64,000 nt of DNA from an uncultured bacterium. Its GTDB lineage: Bacteria > Methylomirabilota > Methylomirabilia > Rokubacteriales > DASRDR01. Shown here piece by piece: positions 27,078-37,790 of the stretch. The stretch is taken from assembly GCA_964416315.1 (NCBI GenBank), contig CAYQDR010000011.1, forward strand, positions 244 through 64,243, read 5' to 3'. Numbering within the stretch: position 1 is the first letter of the stretch; the number at the start of each line of letters is the position of its first letter. The notes under the pieces were generated by a model that had not been told where the DNA came from, searched no databases, and saw nothing but the letters and a program-made list of their open reading frames with translations. Both the position numbers and the translations under genes were made by a program.

Positions 27078-29222
27078 TCAGGCGCGCGCGAGGTCCTCCG
27101 CCCGGATCGGCAGCCGCCGGATCCGCTTCCCCGTCGCGGCGAAGACCGCGTTCGCCACCGCCGGCGCGATCGGCGGCACGCCGGGCTCGCCGACGCCCCC
27201 CGGGGGCTGGGTGCTCGGCAGGATGTGCACCTCGACCGTCGGGACCTCGTGGATCCGGAGCATCGGATAGTCGTGGAAGTTCGACTGCTGGACGCGGCCG
27301 TTCTGGATCGTGATCTCGCCGCGGAGCGCGGCGGTCAGGCCCCAGACGATCCCGCCCATCATCTGTGCCTGGATCTGGTCCGGGTTCACGGCGAGGCCGC
27401 AGTCGATGGCGCAGACGACGCGGTGCGCGTGGACGGTCCCGTCCGACGCGACCGACACCTCGGCGACCTGCGCGGCCCAGCTCCCGTAGGAGAACGCGAC
27501 GGCGATCCCGCGGTGCCGGCCGGGCGGGAGCGGCGTGCCCCAGCCCGCTTGCTGCGCCGCCAGCTCGAGGACCCCCTTGTGGCGCAGGGACTTCCCGAGG
27601 AGCGCGCGGCGGTACTCGAACGGGTCCTTCCTCGCCGCGTGCGCCAGCTCGTCCACGAAGCTCTCGACGATGAACGCGTTCTGCGACGCCCCGACCGATC
27701 GCCAGAAGCCGACGGGCACGCCCGTGTCGTGATGCGTGTACTCCACCTGGAGGTTCGGGATGTCGTAGGGCATGTTCGCCGCGCCCTCGACCATCGTCCG
27801 GTCGACCTGGCCGGGCGGCACCCACCCCCGCTGGACCATGATCCCGCGGCCCACGATCCGGTGGAGCCAGGCGACCGGCATCGCGTCGGGGCCGAGCGCC
27901 GCGCGGAAGAGGTTGTAGGTCGCGGGCCGGTAGAAGTCGTGCCGGATGTCGTCCTCGCGCGTCCAGATCACCTTGACCGGCGCGCCGACGGCCTTCGAGA
28001 CCTCGACCGCCTCGGTCACGTAGTCGACCTCCCCGCGGCGCCCGAAGCCCCCGCCGACGAAGGTCGTGTGGATGCGGACCTTCTCCCGGGGGAGCCCCGT
28101 GACGCGCATCGCCGTCTGCTGGGCGCCGGTCTGGTTCTGCGTCGGCGCCCACACGTCACAGCCGTCCGGTCGGACGTGGGCGGTGCAGTTCTGGGGCTCC
28201 ATGGTCGCGTGCGCGAGGAACGGCACCTCGTAGACCGCCTCGACGACGCGGGTGCCCTCGCCGAGGGCCTTCATCGCGTCGCCGTCGCGGCGCGCCACGG
28301 GCCCGGGCTGCTGCGCGAGCGTCGCGTAGGCCTGGCGGATCGACGCGCTCGAGACCTGGGCGGTCGGCCCGTCGTCCCAGCGGACGACGAGGGCGTCGCG
28401 CCCGAGCTTGGCCACCCAGTAGCTGTCGGCGACGACGGCCAGCCCCGAGCTGATCCGGACGACATCCCGGACGCCCCTGATAGCCTTCGCCCGCGTGGCG
28501 TCGAAGCTCGCGACCTTCCCGCCGAAGACCGGCGGGCGCAGGACGGTCGCGACCAACATCCCCGGCACCGTCACGTCGATCCCGTAGAGCGCGCGGCCGG
28601 TCACCTTGTCCGGGGTGTCGAGCCGCGGGACCTTCTTGCCGATGAGCTTGAACTGGTCGGGCGTCTTGAGCCTCGGGCTCTGGGGCACCGGGAGCTGCCC
28701 GGCCTTGTCCGCGAGCTCGCCGTAGGTGAGCCGGCGGCCGCTCGGGTCGTGGTGGACGACGCCCTTGTCCGTGCGCAGGTCGCCCGCCGGGACGCCCCAC
28801 TCCCTGGCCGCGGCGGTGACGAGCATCTCGCGGGCTGCGGCACCCGCGCGCCGCCAGGTCGGCAGGAGGCCGCGGATCGACTGGCTGCCGGCGGTGAGCT
28901 GCTGGCCCCCGAAGTTCGGGTTCCCGTACGCGGGGTCGGCGCCGCTCTGCTCGACGCGGACCTTCGACCAGTCCGCGTCCAGCTCGTCCGCGATGACCAT
29001 TGCCATCGAGGTGAGCGTGCCCTGGCCCAGCTCCGACTGGGAGTTGACGATCGTGACGATGCCGTCCGCGTCGAGGCGGAGCCACACGTTCGGCGCGAAG
29101 ACCTTCGCGCCCTGCGCCGCAGCGCGGCCAGGAGCGGGAAACCGGAACCCGATGCTGAGGCCCGCGCCGGCCGCGAGCCCGCCCTTGAGGAGCGTGCGCC
29201 GGGAGATCACGACGGGCTTCAT
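27078..29222 (-). CDS. xanthine-dehydrogenase-family molybdopterin-binding subunit (isoquinoline 1-oxidoreductase beta / aldehyde oxidoreductase large subunit), Tat signal
   Basis: [22 protein letters not shown] Tat motif, MoCo-binding domain motifs. ATGA overlap with the upstream 2Fe-2S subunit gene. Confidence 0.85.
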   Translation of the reverse strand: MKPVVISRRTLLKGGLAAGAGLSIGFRFPAPGRAAAQGAKVFAPNVWLRLDADGIVTIVNSQSELGQGTLTSMAMVIADELDADWSKVRVEQSGADPAYGNPNFGGQQLTAGSQSIRGLLPTWRRAGAAAREMLVTAAAREWGVPAGDLRTDKGVVHHDPSGRRLTYGELADKAGQLPVPQSPRLKTPDQFKLIGKKVPRLDTPDKVTGRALYGIDVTVPGMLVATVLRPPVFGGKVASFDATRAKAIRGVRDVVRISSGLAVVADSYWVAKLGRDALVVRWDDGPTAQVSSASIRQAYATLAQQPGPVARRDGDAMKALGEGTRVVEAVYEVPFLAHATMEPQNCTAHVRPDGCDVWAPTQNQTGAQQTAMRVTGLPREKVRIHTTFVGGGFGRRGEVDYVTEAVEVSKAVGAPVKVIWTREDDIRHDFYRPATYNLFRAALGPDAMPVAWLHRIVGRGIMVQRGWVPPGQVDRTMVEGAANMPYDIPNLQVEYTHHDTGVPVGFWRSVGASQNAFIVESFVDELAHAARKDPFEYRRALLGKSLRHKGVLELAAQQAGWGTPLPPGRHRGIAVAFSYGSWAAQVAEVSVASDGTVHAHRVVCAIDCGLAVNPDQIQAQMMGGIVWGLTAALRGEITIQNGRVQQSNFHDYPMLRIHEVPTVEVHILPSTQPPGGVGEPGVPPIAPAVANAVFAATGKRIRRLPIRAEDLARA

Positions 29223-29686
29223 CGCGCACCTCCTCGCACGAGCGCCGCGGCCCGGTGGATCGCGGCCCGGATCCGCTGGTACGTGCCGCAGCGGCAGATG
29301 TGCCCGACCATGGCCTGGTCGATGTCGGCGTCCGTGGGCGACGGGGTCTTCGCGAGGAGCGCGACCGCCGCCATGATCTGGCCTGACTGGCAGTAGCCGC
29401 ACTGCGGGACCTCCTCGGCGATCCAGGCCTGCTGGACCGGGTGGAGGCCCTTCTCGCCGAGGCCTTCGATGGTCGTGATGGCCTTGCCGGCGGCCGCCGA
29501 GACCGGCGTCACGCAGGAGCGCATCGGCTGACCGTCCAGGTGCACCGTGCAGGCGCCGCAGAGGGCCATCCCGCACCCGTACTTCGTGCCGGTCAGCGCG
29601 AGACTCTCCCGGATCACCCACAGGAGCGGCGTGTCCGGCGGCGCGTCCACGTCGCGAGGCCTGCCGTTGACGACCAGTCGGATCAT
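29219..29686 (-). CDS. (2Fe-2S)-binding small subunit of molybdenum hydroxylase (IorA/CoxS-like)
   Basis: [11 protein letters not shown] and CGYCQSG...CRCGTY cysteine clusters. Confidence 0.85.
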   Translation of the reverse strand: MIRLVVNGRPRDVDAPPDTPLLWVIRESLALTGTKYGCGMALCGACTVHLDGQPMRSCVTPVSAAAGKAITTIEGLGEKGLHPVQQAWIAEEVPQCGYCQSGQIMAAVALLAKTPSPTDADIDQAMVGHICRCGTYQRIRAAIHRAAALVRGGAR

Positions 29687-30275
29687 GTCTGCCTCTCCTC
29701 CATCGACCTGCCGTGCCGGAGCATCCGAGGGGACGAGTCTACGGTGGGGGCGCAGGGTCTGACAATGGGGTCCCCGCCCGAGCCGCCGTGGGAGGAGACG
29801 AGCGACGCGCAGGATGTCGGCCGACGGTCACATGGACCTGTCCATCTCCCGCGCGACGCCTGCACCTCGCGCCTTCCCGCGAAGTGGCGCGACAGGGCGC
29901 CGCGCGTCGTCCAGCGCGATGGTCGTACTGGCTAGCCCGGCCCGGAGCCCCGACGCCGGAGCGACCAGGGTGCGTCGGGTCCCGCGTCCGGCCGCGTCGT
30001 TTGATTTGACACAGGCGCGCCAGGCGGTTTCCTGGAGGTCTCGGCCGCGCCCGGCTCCCGACGCGGAGGTGAACGGCGTGCGCGTGTCACCGAAGCACGG
30101 CGTCCAACAGCCTGTCTCCCGGGGTCGACGTACCCTCATCCCGGTTGATCTGTCAGGATGGCTCGTCCTGGCGGGGGTCGTGTCACGGAGCCGACTCGGA
30201 TCGCCCCCCACTCCCCCCCGGGGTCCTCGGCGCCCCCGATACATAGCCTCGCGAATGAGCGCGTCATCGGGCTCG

Positions 30276-30899
30276 TCAGCCGAGCAGCGCGTCGACGGAG
30301 AGGGAGAGCTCCGGGAAGGTGGCCGGGACGAGGGTGTCGCCCCGCGCCCGCGTCTCGACCCGACGGTAGCCGTCCGGACCAGGGTCCGCGCAGACTTCGA
30401 CCCGGTTGCGGACCAGGTCGACCAGCCAGACCTCGCGCACCCCGGCGCGCGCGTAGAGTGGAAGCTTCACGCGCTGGTCGTAGGCAAGCGACGTGTCGGC
30501 GACCTCGATGAGGAGGAGAACGTCATCCGGGGCGGGGCCCTTCTGCCGGTAGAAGTCGTCCTGCGGCTTCAGAACTGCCAGGTCAGGCTGCGCCTCCGAC
30601 TCGAGGCCCAGTTGGATCGGTCCCTGCACCCGGACGACAGCCCGGCTCCCAGACCCCTGGACGAGCCAGCGCGTGAGCAGGTCGACCGCCGCCGCGTGCC
30701 GGAGGCCGATGGGCGTCATCTCGATGATCTCCCCCTCGATGAGCTCGACCCGGTCCTCCTCCCGGAGGACGCCTGCCTCGGCGAGGCGGTGGTACTCGCC
30801 GACCGTAAACCGGTGGCGGATCAGCTGGACCGACACGTAGGGCCTCCCGCCGCGATTATACGACCATGCGACGGTGTTTGGGCGGCTTCCGGCCCACAC
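30276..30899 (-). CDS. Uma2 family endonuclease (DUF820)
   Basis: VSVQLIRHRFTVGEYHRLAEAGVLREEDRVELIEGEIIEMTPIG. True start probably GTG near 30836. Confidence 0.7.
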   Translation of the reverse strand: MWAGSRPNTVAWSYNRGGRPYVSVQLIRHRFTVGEYHRLAEAGVLREEDRVELIEGEIIEMTPIGLRHAAAVDLLTRWLVQGSGSRAVVRVQGPIQLGLESEAQPDLAVLKPQDDFYRQKGPAPDDVLLLIEVADTSLAYDQRVKLPLYARAGVREVWLVDLVRNRVEVCADPGPDGYRRVETRARGDTLVPATFPELSLSVDALLG

Positions 30900-31177
30900 G
30901 GGCTCACGGGGTGGCCAAGAAGTCGAAGTCTGACCTCGCCAGGACCATGGCAGCGATGCGCGCCATCAGCCCTTGGGTACGGCAAGGGCTCGGGCGGGCG
31001 ACTCACCCCCGCCAGCGCCTCGGGGCACCGGGCGTAGAGATCCGCGCCCGGGTCATTGGATCGTGCGATAGCCCACCGTGTGCTCGGGCTGGCGTCGGCG
31101 GTGACTTGCGGCCGCGGGCGCGGCGGCGGCTCACGCTGGAGGAAGGCCACCGCGAAGCTCGAGCTGGCGTGGAAAGC

Positions 31178-31972
31178 TCACGTGAGCCGCGTCCGGAGCC
31201 AGGCGGAGCTGGCCTCCGAGACGACGACCACGGCCAGGATGACGACCAGGATCGTCCCCACGCGGTCCCACTCGAGACCGAGGATCGCCTCGTTCAGGAC
31301 GAACCCGATCCCGCCGGCGCCCACGATCCCGAGCACCGTGGACTCGCGGATGTTGATGTCCCAGCGGTAGAGCGCGACCCCGGCGAAGACGGGGCGGATC
31401 TGGGGGGCGATGGCGTAGAGGAGGACCTGGAGCCGGCTCGCCCCGGTGGCGGCAACCGCCTCGACCTGCCCGCGGTCGATCTCCTCGATCCCCTCCGCCA
31501 CGAGCTTCGAGACGAAGCCGATGGACCGCACGGCGATGGCGAGCACCCCGGCGAGCGAGCCCGGGCCCACCACGATGATGAAGATCAGCGCCCAGATGAG
31601 GGAGTCCACCGATCGGCTCACCACCATGATAAACCGGCCGAGCCAGAAGGTGGCGGCGTTGAAGGTCGTGTTCCGGGCGGCGAGGAAGGCGATGGGGAGC
31701 GAGAGCAGGATCGCGAGGGCCGTCCCGAGCGTCGCGATGTTCACGGTCTGGATCAGCGGCTCCACCAGCCCGCCGAGCGCGGCCCAGTCCGGCGGGAACA
31801 TCCGGCGGCCCAGGTCGCCGATCTGGGCGGGCGCGTCGGCCACGTAGTCCCAGCGGATACCGAGCCGGGCGAGCATCCAGACGCTCAGCCCGGCGAGCGC
31901 GAGCTGCGCGCTCAGCCGCGCCGCCGTCTGCGCGGGCGTGAACCGCCGCCAGGCGCGCGCCGGCGCCGTCAT
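31178..31972 (-). CDS. phnE: phosphonate ABC transporter permease PhnE
   Basis: EAVAATGASRLQVLLYAIAPQIRP signature. 264 aa. Confidence 0.8.
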   Translation of the reverse strand: MTAPARAWRRFTPAQTAARLSAQLALAGLSVWMLARLGIRWDYVADAPAQIGDLGRRMFPPDWAALGGLVEPLIQTVNIATLGTALAILLSLPIAFLAARNTTFNAATFWLGRFIMVVSRSVDSLIWALIFIIVVGPGSLAGVLAIAVRSIGFVSKLVAEGIEEIDRGQVEAVAATGASRLQVLLYAIAPQIRPVFAGVALYRWDINIRESTVLGIVGAGGIGFVLNEAILGLEWDRVGTILVVILAVVVVSEASSAWLRTRLT

Positions 31973-31990
31973 TGGGGACCCCCCACACCC

Positions 31991-32025
31991 CCGTCCCCTC
32001 CCACCCTTCGGGGGGGAGGGGCGGC
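31991..32025. repeat. GC-rich palindromic element CCGTCCCCTCCC...GGGAGGGGCGG between the two phnE genes
   Basis: Direct reading. Family member. Confidence 0.5.
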
Positions 32026-32073
32026 TCGCACGCCCCGCGCTGTCCGCGCCCCCGCGGGTTGGCGCAGGATGTC

Positions 32074-32862
32074 TCACTGGACCCGTGCCCGCGCCGCGGC
32101 GCTCGCCGCCTCGCCGACGATCACGATCGCCACGATGACGAGGATGATGGCCAGGGCGAAGTCGAAGTCGTAGCGCGCGAAGGCGTTGTAGAGGGTCGCC
32201 CCGACGCCCCCCGCCCCGACGATGCCGATGATCGTGGACTGGCGGAGGTGGATGTCCCACTGGTAGACCGTCAGCCCGATGATCCGCGGCAGGACCTGCG
32301 GGAGGACGCCGTAGATGAGGACCTGCACCCGGGACGCGCCCGTCGCCCGGATCGCCTCGATCTGGCCGCGGTCGATGGTCTCGATCTGCTCGGCGAGGAG
32401 CTTCGAGAAGAAGCCGACCGAGTTCACCGTGAGCGTCAGCACTCCGGCGAGCGGCCCGAAGCCGACGGCCTTGACGAAGAGGATCGCGACGATCAGCTCG
32501 TGGAAGGTGCGGCCGAGCGTGATCGCGCTCCGGCCGCTGGCGTAGACGGGCAGGGGGACCACGTTCCGCGCCGCGAGCACGGCGACGGGGATGCCGAGGA
32601 GGACGCCGAAGAGCGTCGAGAGGGTGGCCATCTCCACGCTCTCGAGGATGCCGGAGAGGAGGAGCCCGCCCCGCGAGAAGTCCGGCGGGACCGCCTTGGC
32701 CGCGACGGTGCCGAGCCGGGCGAGGCCCCGCGCGATCCGCTCCGGATTGACCTCGAGGCTCACCGCGTTCCACGCGAGGAACGCGACGGCCGCGACCCAG
32801 ATCGCGGGCTGCATCCAGGGGTGCGGCCACACGGAGGGCGGGCGCCACGCCCGCGGGGTCAT
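32074..32862 (-). CDS. phnE: phosphonate ABC transporter permease PhnE (second copy)
   Basis: EAIRATGASRVQVLIYGVLPQVLP signature. 262 aa. Confidence 0.8.
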   Translation of the reverse strand: MTPRAWRPPSVWPHPWMQPAIWVAAVAFLAWNAVSLEVNPERIARGLARLGTVAAKAVPPDFSRGGLLLSGILESVEMATLSTLFGVLLGIPVAVLAARNVVPLPVYASGRSAITLGRTFHELIVAILFVKAVGFGPLAGVLTLTVNSVGFFSKLLAEQIETIDRGQIEAIRATGASRVQVLIYGVLPQVLPRIIGLTVYQWDIHLRQSTIIGIVGAGGVGATLYNAFARYDFDFALAIILVIVAIVIVGEAASAAARARVQ

Positions 32863-32866
32863 GCCC

Positions 32867-33625
32867 TCAGGCCTCCGCGGCGTCGGCCCAGGTGCCGCCG
32901 TAGATGCGCTCGAAGGCCTCCTCGGTGAGCTCGCTGGCCGGCCCGTCGTAGACGATCGCGCCGCCCTTCAGCCCGATGATGCGCTTGGCGAAGGCCCGCG
33001 CCAGCGGGACGTCGTGCATGTTGATGAGCGCCGGGATCGCGTCCTCCGCCGCGAGCTCCACGATCAGCTTCATGATGGCCTCGGAGGTCCGGGGGTCGAG
33101 GCTCGAGGTCGGCTCGTCCACCAGCAGGATCTTCGGCCGCTGGACGAGCGCCCGGGCGATCCCCACGCGCTGCCGCTGGCCGCCCGACAGCGCGTCGGCC
33201 CGCTTGTTCTCGAACCCCTCGAGCCCCACGCGCCGGAGCGTGACGAACGCTCCCTCGAGGTCCTCCGGCGGGAACCGCCGCCGCCACGCCCGCCACGCCG
33301 TGACGTAGCCGAGACGTCCGGAGAGCACGTTCTCCATCACGGTCAGCCGCTCGACGAGGTTGAACTCCTGGAAGATCATCCCCATGGCGCGGCGGGCCAG
33401 GCGCAGCTCCGGGCCGGAGAGCGTCGTCAGCTCCTGACCGTCCAGGCGGACCGAGCCGCCGTCCGGCTCCACGAGCCGGTTGATGCAGCGGAGGAGCGTG
33501 GACTTGCCCGCGCCCGAGGGACCGATGATGAAGACGGCGTCGTGCCCTTCGACGGTGAAGGAGACGCCCTGGAGCGCCCGGTCCCCCGTGGGGTACGTCT
33601 TGCGGAGCCCGGTGACCGCGAGCAC
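32867..33625 (-). CDS. phnC: phosphonate ABC transporter ATP-binding protein PhnC
   Basis: Walker [10 protein letters not shown], signature LSGGQRQRV. Confidence 0.85.
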   Translation of the reverse strand: MLAVTGLRKTYPTGDRALQGVSFTVEGHDAVFIIGPSGAGKSTLLRCINRLVEPDGGSVRLDGQELTTLSGPELRLARRAMGMIFQEFNLVERLTVMENVLSGRLGYVTAWRAWRRRFPPEDLEGAFVTLRRVGLEGFENKRADALSGGQRQRVGIARALVQRPKILLVDEPTSSLDPRTSEAIMKLIVELAAEDAIPALINMHDVPLARAFAKRIIGLKGGAIVYDGPASELTEEAFERIYGGTWADAAEA

Positions 33626-33687
33626 GCGCCGGGGCCGGGCTAGTGCGGTTCCGAGTTACTTGGGCGAAACCGCCGAGGGGTGCCGAA

Positions 33688-33813
33688 GGTGCGGGGCCAA
33701 GTAACGAGCATAGTTAGGACGCAGGGAGGAGGCGGGCCGAGGCGTATGCCGCATACGTTGAGGTCCGCCGACGACCGAGGACGACGCTAGGCGAAGTTAA
33801 TTGGACCCGCACT
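33688..33813 (-). mobile_element. 126-bp TIR element, copy B (reverse complement ~97% identical to 16206-16330)
   Basis: Direct alignment with 3 mismatches and 1 indel. Begins at the TAG stop of phnD. Same orientation relative to transcription as copy A. Confidence 0.6.
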
Positions 33814-34839
33814 CTAGTCGGCGCCCGGCTTCTGGAGCCTCTTGTACTCCGGCGAGTCCTTGGTGAAGACGGCGCCGTTGGCCTCGAGGATGCCGACGAC
33901 CGGGTCCCAGTCCTTCTGGTAGTTCACCGGCATGAACCCCGTCCGGCCCTGGGCCGCGAACTCCTTGAGGCTGGTCCCCTCCATCCGGAAGGTCATGAAC
34001 GCTTCCTTGATCTTCTCGACGAGCCTGGGATCGAGGGTGTGGGCGTAGGCGAAGCCGGCGGTCGGGAACACCGGCGACGTGTAGAGGACCTTGAAGTCGC
34101 TCGCCTTGATGAGGCCGCGCTTGACCATCCGGTCCACCACCGTGTCCGCGACGACCCCGGCGTCGTAGTCGCCGTTGACGACACCGAGCGCGCTGTTGTC
34201 GTGCTTGCCGGAGAAGACGATCTGGTAGTCCTTTCCGGGGACGACGCCCATCCGGGAGAAGAAATAGACGGGCGCCTGGTGCCCGGAGTTGGACGTCTGC
34301 GACACGTGGGCGACGCGCTTGCCCTTCAGGTCGCCGACGGCGTTGATCTTGTCGTTCTTCGCGTGAGCGATGAGGATCATGTGGTAGCCGGACGGGCCGC
34401 CCTTCGCGTCGCGCATGATCGCGAAGGGGACCGCGCCCGCCAGGTTCACCGCGTAGACGAGGCTCCCGGTGGAGTACCCCGAGAGATGGAGCCGACCCGA
34501 GCGCATGGCCTCGATCTGCGCCGCGTAGTTCTGGAGGCCGAAGTACTTGGTCTTCTTGCCGGTCACTTTCTCGACGTGCCTGAGGAAATCGCTCCACGCG
34601 CCCTCGTACACGACCGGGTCCTCGACCGGCGCGTACGTGAAGATCAAGGGGTCCGGGCTCACGAGCTTCGACGGGTCCTTGGGCGGATCCGCGATCAGAT
34701 CGCGGTCCTCGTCGCAGAAGAGGGCGTCGAGCTTGCCCCGGTGCGCGCAGGGCTCGGCGGCGAAGGCCGCGGCGGCCGTGGCGGCCACGAGCGCGATCAG
34801 GGCGAGGGGCCAGAGGCGGGGGGAGATCGGGGTCCTCAT
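33814..34839 (-). CDS. phnD: phosphonate ABC transporter substrate-binding protein PhnD
   Basis: Signal peptide. Phosphonate-binding family length and motifs (SGYSTGSLVYAVN...SQTSNSGH). Confidence 0.85.
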   Translation of the reverse strand: MRTPISPRLWPLALIALVAATAAAAFAAEPCAHRGKLDALFCDEDRDLIADPPKDPSKLVSPDPLIFTYAPVEDPVVYEGAWSDFLRHVEKVTGKKTKYFGLQNYAAQIEAMRSGRLHLSGYSTGSLVYAVNLAGAVPFAIMRDAKGGPSGYHMILIAHAKNDKINAVGDLKGKRVAHVSQTSNSGHQAPVYFFSRMGVVPGKDYQIVFSGKHDNSALGVVNGDYDAGVVADTVVDRMVKRGLIKASDFKVLYTSPVFPTAGFAYAHTLDPRLVEKIKEAFMTFRMEGTSLKEFAAQGRTGFMPVNYQKDWDPVVGILEANGAVFTKDSPEYKRLQKPGAD

Positions 34840-34876
34840 GGCGGCGGTCCTCCTCTCGGGCTACTATAGCAAAACG

Positions 34877-36919
34877 ATGACTGCCGGGGAGCGCCGGACC
34901 ATCCGGACCATGTGCCCGATGAACTGCCACCCCACCTTGTGCGGGATGCTGGTGGAGGTGGAGGGCGGGCGGCTCCTCGCCGTCAAGGGCGACCCCGACA
35001 ACCCGGACAGCCGGGGGTTCCTCTGTGTCCGGGGGCAGGCCTCGCAGGAGATCATCGGCAACCCGAAGCGGCTCCTTTACCCGCTCGTGCGCGAGCGCCG
35101 CGCGGACGACGCGTGGCGGCGGGCGAGCTGGGACGGGGCGCTCGAGCGGGTCGTCGCGGCGATGCGGCAGGTCGGGCCGGAGGCCGTCGGGCTCTGGTCG
35201 GGGCACGGGCTCTTCGCGAACAACTACGGGACGCGGATCGGCTCGCACCTCCTCCGGCGGTTCGCGAACTTCTGGGGCTGCCAGTGGTGGCACCCGGCGA
35301 TGATCTGCTGGGGCCTGGGCGGGTTCGGGATCGGGCTCACGGGACCGCTCGAGGCGAGCACGAAGGAGGACATGGGGGCGCACGCGGAGCTCATCCTCCT
35401 CTGGGGGGCGAACCTCGCGAGCCAGCCCAACACCGCTCGGCACCTCGCCGCGGCGAGGCGGCGCGGCGCGTACATCGTCACGATCGACGTCCGGGAGACG
35501 GAGGCCGCGGCCCAGTCGGACGAAGTGCTCCTGATCCGTCCCGGCAGCGACCCGGCGCTCGCCCTGGCGCTGATGCACGTCATCATCGGCGAGGGGCTAT
35601 GTGACCGGAAGTTCGTCGAAAACCACACGGTCGGATTCGACCAGCTCGCCGAGCACGTCAGGGCGTATCCGCCCGACTGGGCGGCCCGGGAGACCGGGAT
35701 CCCCGCCGAGCGGATCGTGGCCCTCGCCCGCCGCTACGCGGGGACCCGGCCCGCGATGATCCTCCTCGGCGGGAGCTCCATGCACAAGGGGTCCAACGGC
35801 TGGCAGGGGGGGCGCGCCGTCGCGTGCCTGCCCGCCCTCACCGGCAACCTCGGCATCCCGGGCGGGGGCCTCGGCCCGCGCCACGGCGCCGCGGCCCATG
35901 GCCAGGCGCTCAACGACATCCAGGCGCTCGACCGCCGGCCGCCCGGACGCTACGTGCCGAACCAGATGCCGCGGATCACGGAGGCCCTGCTCGACGGCCG
36001 GGTTCGCGTCCTCTTCCTCTTCGGCACCGACATGCTCTCGTCGTTCGCGGACGCCGAGCGCGTCGCGGACGGGCTTGCCCGGGCGGACCTCGTCGTCTGC
36101 CACGACCTGTTCCTGAACGACACGGCGCGGCGCTTCGCGGACGTGGTCCTCCCGGCGACGGCGTGGCTCGAGGAGCTGGGGTGCAAGAGCACGAACACGC
36201 ACCTCTACCTCATGGAGCACGCCCTCGATCCGCCGGGCGAAGCGCGCTCGGCCGTCGCGATCGTCCGGGAGCTGGGGGGTCGGCTCGGCCTGCCGCGGGA
36301 CTTCTTCCCGTGGGAGAGCACGGAAGGGTTGATCGACGCCCTGATCGATCACCCGGCCACCGGGCACGCGAGCGTCGCGGCGCTGCGCGCGGCGGGCGGG
36401 ATCCGGGCGCTGAACATCTCCCACGTCGCCCACCCGGACCTCCGGTTCCCCACGCCGTCGGGCAAGGTCGAGCTCTACTCCGAGCGCGCCGCGACCCTCG
36501 GGCTCCCGCCGCTGCCCGGGTACGCGAAGCTGCCGGCGGCCGACCGCTACCCGCTCGCCTTCCGCCAGGGGCGGACGCTGACCCAGTTCCACGGGTTCTA
36601 CGACCACGGCCAGGCGCTCCCGACGCTCGCGCGGCTCGACCCGGAGCCGGAGCTCTGGATCTCGCCCGTGGACGCGGCGATGCGTGGCGTGCAGGACGGC
36701 GGGCCGATCCGGATCTGGAACGACCGGGGCGAGTTCCGGGCCCGCGCCCGCGTCACGGGGAAGGTCCCGCCGGGCACGGTCTGGATGCGGGACGGCTGGA
36801 CGGGGCTGAACCGCCTGACCTCCGGGGCGCCCTCGATCCCCGACGAGGCGGTGGACACCTTCGGCTTCTCCGGCGGCCAGGCCGCGTTCGACGCGATGGT
36901 CGAGCTCGCGCCGGCGTGA
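34877..36919 (+). CDS. molybdopterin (bis-MGD) oxidoreductase family protein, formate-dehydrogenase/YdeP-like
   Basis: N-terminal 4Fe-4S motif CPMNCHPTLCG...C, molybdopterin oxidoreductase domains. 680 aa. Confidence 0.8.
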   Translation: MTAGERRTIRTMCPMNCHPTLCGMLVEVEGGRLLAVKGDPDNPDSRGFLCVRGQASQEIIGNPKRLLYPLVRERRADDAWRRASWDGALERVVAAMRQVGPEAVGLWSGHGLFANNYGTRIGSHLLRRFANFWGCQWWHPAMICWGLGGFGIGLTGPLEASTKEDMGAHAELILLWGANLASQPNTARHLAAARRRGAYIVTIDVRETEAAAQSDEVLLIRPGSDPALALALMHVIIGEGLCDRKFVENHTVGFDQLAEHVRAYPPDWAARETGIPAERIVALARRYAGTRPAMILLGGSSMHKGSNGWQGGRAVACLPALTGNLGIPGGGLGPRHGAAAHGQALNDIQALDRRPPGRYVPNQMPRITEALLDGRVRVLFLFGTDMLSSFADAERVADGLARADLVVCHDLFLNDTARRFADVVLPATAWLEELGCKSTNTHLYLMEHALDPPGEARSAVAIVRELGGRLGLPRDFFPWESTEGLIDALIDHPATGHASVAALRAAGGIRALNISHVAHPDLRFPTPSGKVELYSERAATLGLPPLPGYAKLPAADRYPLAFRQGRTLTQFHGFYDHGQALPTLARLDPEPELWISPVDAAMRGVQDGGPIRIWNDRGEFRARARVTGKVPPGTVWMRDGWTGLNRLTSGAPSIPDEAVDTFGFSGGQAAFDAMVELAPA

Positions 36920-36929
36920 GGGGGTCGAG

Positions 36930-37070
36930 ATGACTCGTTGGCTCGGCGTGGCGATCCTGCTGGCGCTGGTCGTCGGCGGATGCGCCGCGCAAGCGCAACG
37001 GGACTCTCGCCCGGACGCCCCGCAGTCGCTCCGCGAGAAGGGGACAGAGACGAACGGCGGCGGCTACTGA
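36930..37070 (+). CDS. small lipoprotein (47 aa), paralog 1
   Basis: MTRWLGVAILLALVVGGCAAQ... lipobox VVGGC. GAGGGGG SD. Not in the ORF track (short). Confidence 0.45.
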   Translation: MTRWLGVAILLALVVGGCAAQAQRDSRPDAPQSLREKGTETNGGGY

Positions 37071-37114
37071 GTTTGACCACGCCGGCCGACGTCGGCGGTG
37101 ACGCGAGGAAAGCC

Positions 37115-37252
37115 ATGAAGCGTTGGATTGCAGTCCTGCTGCTCCAGGTGCTGCTCGTTGGCGGCTGCGCGTTCGCCACGCAGGTCGCGCCCATCGCGGA
37201 CTCCCCGCGCTCGCTCCAGGACAAGGGCGGGCCCGTTCGCGGCGGCATGTGA
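37115..37252 (+). CDS. small lipoprotein (45 aa), paralog 2
   Basis: MKRWIAVLLLQVLLVGGCAFA...SPRSLQDKGG. GAGGAAAG SD. Shares M-x-RW-x-V...VGGCA and S-L-(Q/R)-(D/E)-KG with paralog 1. Confidence 0.5.
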   Translation: MKRWIAVLLLQVLLVGGCAFATQVAPIADSPRSLQDKGGPVRGGM

Positions 37253-37256
37253 CGCG

Positions 37257-37784
37257 ATGCTCAGCCTGAACGCCGAAGCGCAGGCGTTTGCCCTCGAGGG
37301 CGTGGGGAGCGGGAAGGTCCGGGAGTTCCGCCTGGCGGAGTTCCGCGGGCGGTGGGTGATCCTCTTCTTCTACCCGGCGGACTTCACCTTCGTCTGCCCG
37401 ACGGAGATCCGCGGCTTCCAGAAGCGACTCCGCGAGTTCGAGGCGCGCGATGCCGTGGTCCTCGCGATCAGCGTGGACGACGTGGCGAGCCACCGCGCCT
37501 GGGCGGAGGAGCTGGGCGGCGTCGCGTTCCCGCTCCTCGCCGACCCGACGCGGGCGACCTGCCGGGCGTACGGCGTCCTGAACGAGGCCGACGGCCGGGC
37601 CTTCCGCGCGACCGTGATCGTCTCCCCCGAGGGGCGGATCGCCTACTTCCTCGTGAGCCCAATGAACGTCGGTCGCAGCGTCGACGAGACGCTGCGGGTG
37701 CTCGAAGCGCTCCAGACCGGGCGCCTCTGCCCGGCCGACTGGCGGTCCGGCGAGCCGACCCTCGACCCCGGCCTCCGCTACTGA
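37257..37784 (+). CDS. peroxiredoxin (AhpC/TSA family, 2-Cys)
   Basis: FYPADFTFVCPTEI peroxidatic Cys motif. Resolving Cys near the C-terminus (RLCPADW). Confidence 0.85.
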   Translation: MLSLNAEAQAFALEGVGSGKVREFRLAEFRGRWVILFFYPADFTFVCPTEIRGFQKRLREFEARDAVVLAISVDDVASHRAWAEELGGVAFPLLADPTRATCRAYGVLNEADGRAFRATVIVSPEGRIAYFLVSPMNVGRSVDETLRVLEALQTGRLCPADWRSGEPTLDPGLRY

Positions 37785-37790
37785 GCGCCC

